This document shows positions 57,926 to 64,000 of a DNA stretch of 64,000 nucleotides, one piece after another; within the stretch, counting starts at the first letter, position 1, and every line of letters begins with the position of its first letter. Source of the DNA: a virus; IMG/VR virus record IMGVR_UViG_3300023174_000080, positions 1-64,000 of that record; one strand, written 5' to 3'. Below the pieces are notes generated by a model that worked only from the letters and a program-made list of their open reading frames with translations, ran no database searches and was not told where the DNA came from. The position numbers and the translations under genes are program-made.

Positions 57926-60900
57926 TGTTTTTTAAATTATCTAACGAACAAATTAAGAATGCGAAAACCAATTCTTTCCCACAAAGTGTTGATTACGATG
58001 CGATTGTATCCTCTAAAGGCACAGACAATAATATAAAAATAATTATTAATATAATAGATGGTATTAATAAAAAATACAAAGTTTTTAATAATATTACCGC
58101 TCAAAAATATATGAAGTTAAAAATTTTTGAAATTAATGGCGATAATATGAAAAGCGAATTAGAAACTGCGGCCACAAATGAAAATCCATCTTTAATAGAA
58201 GAAATAATTAAGAAATATGGTGTAATTTCAAGAACTTTAAGCGCTGCTTATGATTTTAAAGGAGATGTTTATAAATTACAAAATAGAAATAGTTATTCTG
58301 GTATAACACGTTTAAGATATGAAACAGATATACTTTTACCTAGAGATATAATAAATTATTTAAGTATTGGTGTATATTTTTATTATGATCTACCATCATA
58401 TTTAAAAGAAATAAATGTTGAAGAAAAATTTGTAAATAAAGCAGTAACTTGGGACAAGCTTCATGTGTTTTCATTATATAAAAATGATAAAATTGTCATA
58501 GGAGCAGATGTAAAAGATTTAAGAAAAATAAAATCAATATTTAATCAAAGTTCTTTTTTAGATAATTTAAATGCTAATATAAATTTAGAAAATAGCTTTA
58601 ATAAAAAACTAGAAGATTCTAGAAAAAATAAATCTATAAATCAATATTTCTCTAAAGCTTATTTTTCAAGAACGCAAGATAAAAAAGCAGGTTTTGTTTT
58701 TAATTTTGATTATAAAAAAATTATAGAAAATAATTCTGCATATAAAAATATAGTAAAAGATTCCATAAAAGAATTGTCAGATATATATGCTAGTGCAAAT
58801 AAAGTTTTAGATTTAAAAGTTTCTAGAAGGCAAGTATTAATAAAAAATAAAAATAATAATGAAAAAGTAGAAATATTAAAGGACACAGAGCAAAAAATAA
58901 TATCTACTAAATTTTCAAAAAATGATATTTTTTCTTCTGTAGAAAACAAAGAAGGTAAAATTTTTGAATTATCAACTAATAATAGTTTCGGTAATTCAAT
59001 TAAAACAATCTGTGTTACTGATAAAAAAGCTTTTCAGCATTCAAACGCAATATATCAGTATGGTGTACAAATAACTATTAAAGATAGTTTAGCGTATTTA
59101 TTTAATTACTTATCTAATGCACATATTTCTGATTCTATCAATATATTAAAATATTATTTATCTTTATTAGATGATCCAAGAAATTATGATCCAACTGAAA
59201 ATTCTATTACTAATGAATTTATTTTAAAAATAGATTTTGATAAGAATTTACAACAAAAAATATCTAATGCTGTAGATAGTTTCATATTAGTTTTAAAAGT
59301 ATTTGGTATTTATAAAAATGTTGATGATGATTTACAAGAAACTTTAATATCTATTTTTAATCCTAAAAATGTTAATATAGAAAATATATCTTATTTTATT
59401 AAAATATATGAAAAAGTACAAGCACAAGTGACTAAGATATCTAAAAATAAATATGAAAATGTTTATACAATAGAAAATTGGTTTAATGATTATTTGGATA
59501 CTCAAGATAGCATTGAATATGGTTTTACTTACTTTGATAAATTACAAACAAATAGTTTGGCAATTATAGATAGCGATAAATATATTGATAAAATTACCAA
59601 TGAAGTAAAAAAATATTCTACTGATACAACTATTACAAATCAGTTTGCACAAACAACTTTATATTCGTACATAACTCCTACAAGAATTATATTACCAAAT
59701 AATAAAGTTATTAATTTAGAATCTTTAGCTTCAAAAGCAGATTCCATACTTTTGGAAGAGTATGCAAGATCTTTTATAGAAATTAAAAAAATAAATTTTC
59801 TATCTAATTTAGCAAATCATGATGAAATCGTATCACAAGATTTTTCATCAAAATCAAATCTTACTTTAAAAAATTCTATTTCCTACATGTCAGAAATTAT
59901 AGGAAATAAAGCTTCTATAGTAACTAATTTATTGCAAAAACCTATTAAGCAAATAACTCTTAAAAATAAGAAAAAAATTGTTAAAAAAGAATCAGAAGTA
60001 GATACATCACTTTTTATGTTAGAAGTAATAAATCATTTTAATATTGATGGTAGAACTTTTTATAGTATTGAAAAAGATGATAATGGCGTTCTCTTAGGAT
60101 CTAATACAACGCCAGATATGCCAATACATCTACAAACACTTATACAAAATAAAAGTAGATTATTTACTTCAACCGATAAGTATCTACAAAACATACAATT
60201 ATATATAAAATTTTTATTATTATATAATACTATACAACAAGTAGAATATCTAACTTATGATAATGACTTATTAAGTTCTGATCCAGCGACCACAAGCTTG
60301 AACAAAGAAAATTGGCGTTTATTAGATAAAAATTCTTTAGAATCTTTTATCAATGGCTCTATCCATATTTGTAGATTAAAATCTTATGTAAATACAAAAA
60401 ATTATATAAAAGGAATTAAAGAAGTAAATTTACCAATTTATGACAAATATTTTTTGTTTATGGCAAAAAATACAAATACAAATATTGAAATACCTGCTCC
60501 TATTGTTACCGTTCCAGCGCCAACTACTTCTCGTATTTTAGAGCCAATTGAAAGGCCGACGCCTTTGAAAGTTACGCCAACAAGACAAATAGAACCATTA
60601 ATATCCTCTCAAATAACAGCAAAAATAGAAAAAATTAGACCTATTCCCGCTTTTAATCCAGCTAAAGATATTGCTACAACAGAAATAAATCCAGCTATTA
60701 ATAAATTAAATAATCTATTAAATAATAGTAACATAAATATTGGATCAAAAATACAAAATAATTTAAATAATGTTCTAGAAACAGTTAAACTTCCATTAAA
60801 AGCTGAGTCATTAAAAATTACTAACACTGATAACCTAAAAGTTACACCGACAATGCAAGTTCCTACTCCAAAAGCCCCACCGAGCGTTCCCGTCGTTGCA

Positions 60901-61128
60901 AAAACAACAGCCGCTAACGCACCGGAGCAGACGCAATCTTCAACACCTAATTTAAAACCAGTTATTCCGGCTGTAGCTAAAGCTTTGTCTGAACAAATAT
61001 CAAATCCAAAAACTAACGCAACACCAGCTACAAAATCAGTTTCATCAGCAAAAAAAGAAGATAAACCAAAGGCTATTAAAGAAGAAAAGAAGTCTATGCC
61101 TTCTTCTAAGAACTTTTCAAGAAGATAA
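57925..61128 (+). CDS. Large hypothetical structural protein with Pro/Thr-rich tail
   Basis: Long ORF translationally coupled (TAATG). Confidence 0.65.
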   Translation: MFFKLSNEQIKNAKTNSFPQSVDYDAIVSSKGTDNNIKIIINIIDGINKKYKVFNNITAQKYMKLKIFEINGDNMKSELETAATNENPSLIEEIIKKYGVISRTLSAAYDFKGDVYKLQNRNSYSGITRLRYETDILLPRDIINYLSIGVYFYYDLPSYLKEINVEEKFVNKAVTWDKLHVFSLYKNDKIVIGADVKDLRKIKSIFNQSSFLDNLNANINLENSFNKKLEDSRKNKSINQYFSKAYFSRTQDKKAGFVFNFDYKKIIENNSAYKNIVKDSIKELSDIYASANKVLDLKVSRRQVLIKNKNNNEKVEILKDTEQKIISTKFSKNDIFSSVENKEGKIFELSTNNSFGNSIKTICVTDKKAFQHSNAIYQYGVQITIKDSLAYLFNYLSNAHISDSINILKYYLSLLDDPRNYDPTENSITNEFILKIDFDKNLQQKISNAVDSFILVLKVFGIYKNVDDDLQETLISIFNPKNVNIENISYFIKIYEKVQAQVTKISKNKYENVYTIENWFNDYLDTQDSIEYGFTYFDKLQTNSLAIIDSDKYIDKITNEVKKYSTDTTITNQFAQTTLYSYITPTRIILPNNKVINLESLASKADSILLEEYARSFIEIKKINFLSNLANHDEIVSQDFSSKSNLTLKNSISYMSEIIGNKASIVTNLLQKPIKQITLKNKKKIVKKESEVDTSLFMLEVINHFNIDGRTFYSIEKDDNGVLLGSNTTPDMPIHLQTLIQNKSRLFTSTDKYLQNIQLYIKFLLLYNTIQQVEYLTYDNDLLSSDPATTSLNKENWRLLDKNSLESFINGSIHICRLKSYVNTKNYIKGIKEVNLPIYDKYFLFMAKNTNTNIEIPAPIVTVPAPTTSRILEPIERPTPLKVTPTRQIEPLISSQITAKIEKIRPIPAFNPAKDIATTEINPAINKLNNLLNNSNINIGSKIQNNLNNVLETVKLPLKAESLKITNTDNLKVTPTMQVPTPKAPPSVPVVAKTTAANAPEQTQSSTPNLKPVIPAVAKALSEQISNPKTNATPATKSVSSAKKEDKPKAIKEEKKSMPSSKNFSRR

Positions 61129-61133
61129 TATTT

Positions 61134-63059
61134 ATGTCTAAAATAGGTAAAAAAGTAACAATATATCAAACCTCTAGTTTTTCTGCTGGTAATGCGGAGT
61201 TAATAAATTATAAAGAGAGTTATATTTCTAATTTAAATGCTTACGGCGGATCTTTTTTCTTAAATAAACAAAATCCTCTTATTTTTACAAATAATAATTT
61301 GGAAAGTTTTAATTATTCTGTTGATGTTCATTATGATGAATTAAAAGAAATAAAAAATATTGAAAATGGGCAAAATGAAGAAACAAGATTAGCTAATTTA
61401 TCCAATTTAAATTTGCACACTTTTCGTTCAAAACTAGAATATAATTTTTTAATTAAAAATTTTGAAGAAAATATTAAGAAATTAGGAATAAATTCTTTAA
61501 GAGTACCTAATTTTTATGACGTTGTTGAAAGCCTATCTTCCACTGGACAATATAAAAATTCAGATGGCACTTCCTACTTAGAAGATTCTGCTAATTTTCT
61601 ATCTTTACAGGAATCAAATGAATTTAAAATAAATATTATACCTTCTAAAATATTAGTTGGAAAAAAGTATGTTCCTTTAAATAAGTATGTAAAAAATTTT
61701 AATCCTTTTAAAGAACAATTTCCATATTATGGTGACATAAGTTTTACTACTCATAAAAAAGTAAAAAATAACATATCTGATTTATTTCATGAGCATGATC
61801 TGTATCAATATGTATTTGAAAAATTATCAAAGACTAACATTACGCAAACTGTTTTTGTTAATAACGAAAATACTTCTACTGTTGCAAAAGTGTTAATTTT
61901 TGATGAATCATTTGTTAATACTATCTTATCTCAAAGAGTGGATTTGCAAACAAATTTTATATTTGAAATAAATAAAAGTATTGATTCTAAAGCAAGAAAT
62001 TTTGCTGATATAGTAAAAAACTATCAAGAATACTCGGAAGTAATTGGTTATCATTTAAAAAAATATGAAGGTTTAGCTAATCCTTCGTTAACGCAAAAGC
62101 CATTACCAATACAGGAATGGTATATACCAAATATATCTGAAGATAGATTTGAGTTTGTAGATACGCAACTTATTTATGATAATCGCTATACATATACTTT
62201 AGACCCAATAGTGTTAACTTTTTCATCAATTTGTACAATTAATCAAGAACCACAAACAAATAATCTTATAAAGTATAATTTTACTAGAAAACCTATTATT
62301 AAAATATTTGATATTGATAGAATAGGGGTTTCTTATAGCAATTATTTAAAAGATAGCCCCCCAACAGAACCAGAAATAGAATTTATACCATATATCGGAG
62401 TTCCGAATAGAATAAAAATAAATTTAAATACTTCAATAGGAATAAAAACTGTTAAACCAGTTAATTTTTCCGCTAATGAAGAAAATAAAAATAAATTATT
62501 AATGGAAGCTCAAGATAAATTAATTACTGATAATTTATTAACTTATCAATCTGATGAACCATCGGATTTTTTTGAAATATATAGATTAATAGATAAACCT
62601 AGCCAATATGAAGATTTTTCTAATAAATTATTAGCCTCTATTCCAACAAATGGTGCCGCTGGAGCGTCTTTTGAAGATACAATAACGCAAAATAGAAAAC
62701 ATTATTACGTAGCTAGATCAGTAGACTATCACAAAAACATATCAAACCCCACAGTTTTATATGAAGTAGAGATAATTAACGATAATGGATTAATAATACC
62801 AAATATTAATGTTGTTGATTTTAAAAGCAATGAAGATATTGGCTCTTATGAAAAAGAAATTAAAAGATTTTTCAAAATTAAACCATCTCTTAGGCACACT
62901 ATCTTAGAAGATGCTAATTTTTTCCCTAGTTTAATCCAATTAGGACAAAAAGAAGAAACTGTATGGAATAGTAGATTCAAGATTAGAGTCACTTCTAAAT
63001 CTACTGGTAAAAAAATGGATATATTTGTAACTTTTAATTATAAAAAGCAAGATAGTTAA
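61134..63059 (+). CDS. Structural protein with FN3-like segments
   Basis: FVDTQLIYD.RYTY; FEDTI..N.KHYYVARSVD. Confidence 0.6.
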   Translation: MSKIGKKVTIYQTSSFSAGNAELINYKESYISNLNAYGGSFFLNKQNPLIFTNNNLESFNYSVDVHYDELKEIKNIENGQNEETRLANLSNLNLHTFRSKLEYNFLIKNFEENIKKLGINSLRVPNFYDVVESLSSTGQYKNSDGTSYLEDSANFLSLQESNEFKINIIPSKILVGKKYVPLNKYVKNFNPFKEQFPYYGDISFTTHKKVKNNISDLFHEHDLYQYVFEKLSKTNITQTVFVNNENTSTVAKVLIFDESFVNTILSQRVDLQTNFIFEINKSIDSKARNFADIVKNYQEYSEVIGYHLKKYEGLANPSLTQKPLPIQEWYIPNISEDRFEFVDTQLIYDNRYTYTLDPIVLTFSSICTINQEPQTNNLIKYNFTRKPIIKIFDIDRIGVSYSNYLKDSPPTEPEIEFIPYIGVPNRIKINLNTSIGIKTVKPVNFSANEENKNKLLMEAQDKLITDNLLTYQSDEPSDFFEIYRLIDKPSQYEDFSNKLLASIPTNGAAGASFEDTITQNRKHYYVARSVDYHKNISNPTVLYEVEIINDNGLIIPNINVVDFKSNEDIGSYEKEIKRFFKIKPSLRHTILEDANFFPSLIQLGQKEETVWNSRFKIRVTSKSTGKKMDIFVTFNYKKQDS

Positions 63060-63077
63060 AATAATTAAATATTTCGT

Positions 63078-63085
63078 ACTATTTA
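63078..63085 (+). promoter_or_regulatory. Candidate late promoter motif ACTANTTA (representative copy)
   Basis: Recurs in intergenic gaps at 5933, 6204, 6916, 10620, 18036, 19216, 19252, 20198, 63078 and on the minus strand at 19180-19173. Confidence 0.55.
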
Positions 63086-63115
63086 TAGAAAAAGACACTA
63101 TAAAGGATAAAAAAC

Positions 63116-64000
63116 ATGGCATTTTTAGATAATAGCGGTGATATAATTTTGGATGCTGTATTAACAGATACAGGACGTATGCGTTTAGCCAAAGGAGATG
63201 GCTCATTTAGAATTACAAAATTCGCTCTTGCTGATGATGAAATAGATTATTCCTTATTTAATGGAAACCACGTTAGCGGTACTGCTTATTATGATTTAGA
63301 AGTTTTACAAACCCCAGTTATGGAAGCATTTACTAACAACGGTTCTTCGATGAAAAGCAAGCTTATTTCTATTTCAAGAAATAATTTGTTATATTTACCA
63401 GTCGTTGTACTGGATACGGTTAATAGTCCAGTAGTTCAAGCAACCGCAATAGTAAATAACGGTTTCATACTTGCCGTAGATACAGCTACAGAGGATTTTT
63501 TAAATCAATCTAATTTACAATATAGTGGTCAAAGTTTCGGAACACAAAAAAGCGGCATTTTAAAAGGTATTAATCCGGACTCTAAGACTATTACTATAGC
63601 ACAAGGATTAAATACTACTGCTTTGCCATACGCTAGAACAATCGATCAAGATCTAAAAGAAGTACAATACCTTGTAGAAATCGATAATAGATTAGCTAGA
63701 GTAGTAAATCCATTAGATGCCACAAAAGAATTACCAGTTTCTTATATTGATGATGATAATATTGCAACATATTATTTATCATATGGAACTGATGCAGAAT
63801 ATGTTAAAGATTTTCCTAATGCTACCACCAGCACTGATTTAAGAATCTTAGCTGGACCGAGAGGAACAATACTAACATTTAGACTTGGATCTCAAAATGA
63901 TGTCTCTACAAGCAGATATCTTTTTGATCAATTAGGTAAAAATATAACATCATTATTTACTATTAGCGGTGGCTCACCCGGCGCAGGAGCCAGTGAAGTA
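63116..64000 (+). CDS. Conserved virion structural protein (partial, runs off window)
   Basis: MAFLDNSGDIILDAVLTDTGRMRLAKGDGSFRITKFALADDEIDY; AAGGA SD; ACTATTTA motif upstream. Confidence 0.75.
   Translation, partial: MAFLDNSGDIILDAVLTDTGRMRLAKGDGSFRITKFALADDEIDYSLFNGNHVSGTAYYDLEVLQTPVMEAFTNNGSSMKSKLISISRNNLLYLPVVVLDTVNSPVVQATAIVNNGFILAVDTATEDFLNQSNLQYSGQSFGTQKSGILKGINPDSKTITIAQGLNTTALPYARTIDQDLKEVQYLVEIDNRLARVVNPLDATKELPVSYIDDDNIATYYLSYGTDAEYVKDFPNATTSTDLRILAGPRGTILTFRLGSQNDVSTSRYLFDQLGKNITSLFTISGGSPGAGASEV

Noticed and set aside
534-63206. Minus-strand ORFs in the track other than 18312-19130
   Set aside because: They are shadows of + strand genes with no motifs or RBS
1-64000. Stop-codon reassignment as in some huge phages
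   Set aside because: Genes up to 3503 aa are intact in code 11, and TAG, TGA and TAA all end recognisable genes

Overview
This window looks like part of a large (jumbo/huge) tailed-phage genome with a contractile-tail baseplate, encoded almost entirely on the + strand in the standard code. (1) 1-4200 is GC-balanced, unlike the AT-rich remainder. It is built from six repeated modules of leaderless micro-genes, many of them CxxC zinc ribbons. Each module closes with a forward sigma70 and/or sigma54 promoter, an AGCCGCC-initiated palindrome and an opposing sigma70 promoter. (2) 4283-23300 is an accessory region: an array of small SH3/KOW-like paralogues, an orphan MvaI/BcnI-type nuclease, SLT, HNH, DEDDh exonuclease, GH19 endolysin, ClpP, a trypsin-like protease, tRNA-Ala(UGC), tRNA-Ser(GCU), a SpoU methylase, PIN-PhoH and a Cas4-like nuclease. 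It also holds a ~310-nt structured ncRNA (15902-16211). The two ends of that RNA rebuild the 23S rRNA uL11-binding GTPase-associated centre, including a covarying base triple, around a ~245-nt structured insert. (3) 23302-33566 is a nucleotide-sugar and glycosyltransferase cluster. (4) 34351-64000 has a late sigma-like factor and baseplate/tail structural genes (gp25-like, gp6-like, a 3503-aa LamG/beta-propeller protein). All calls come from reading motifs by eye; no database searches or folding programs were run.
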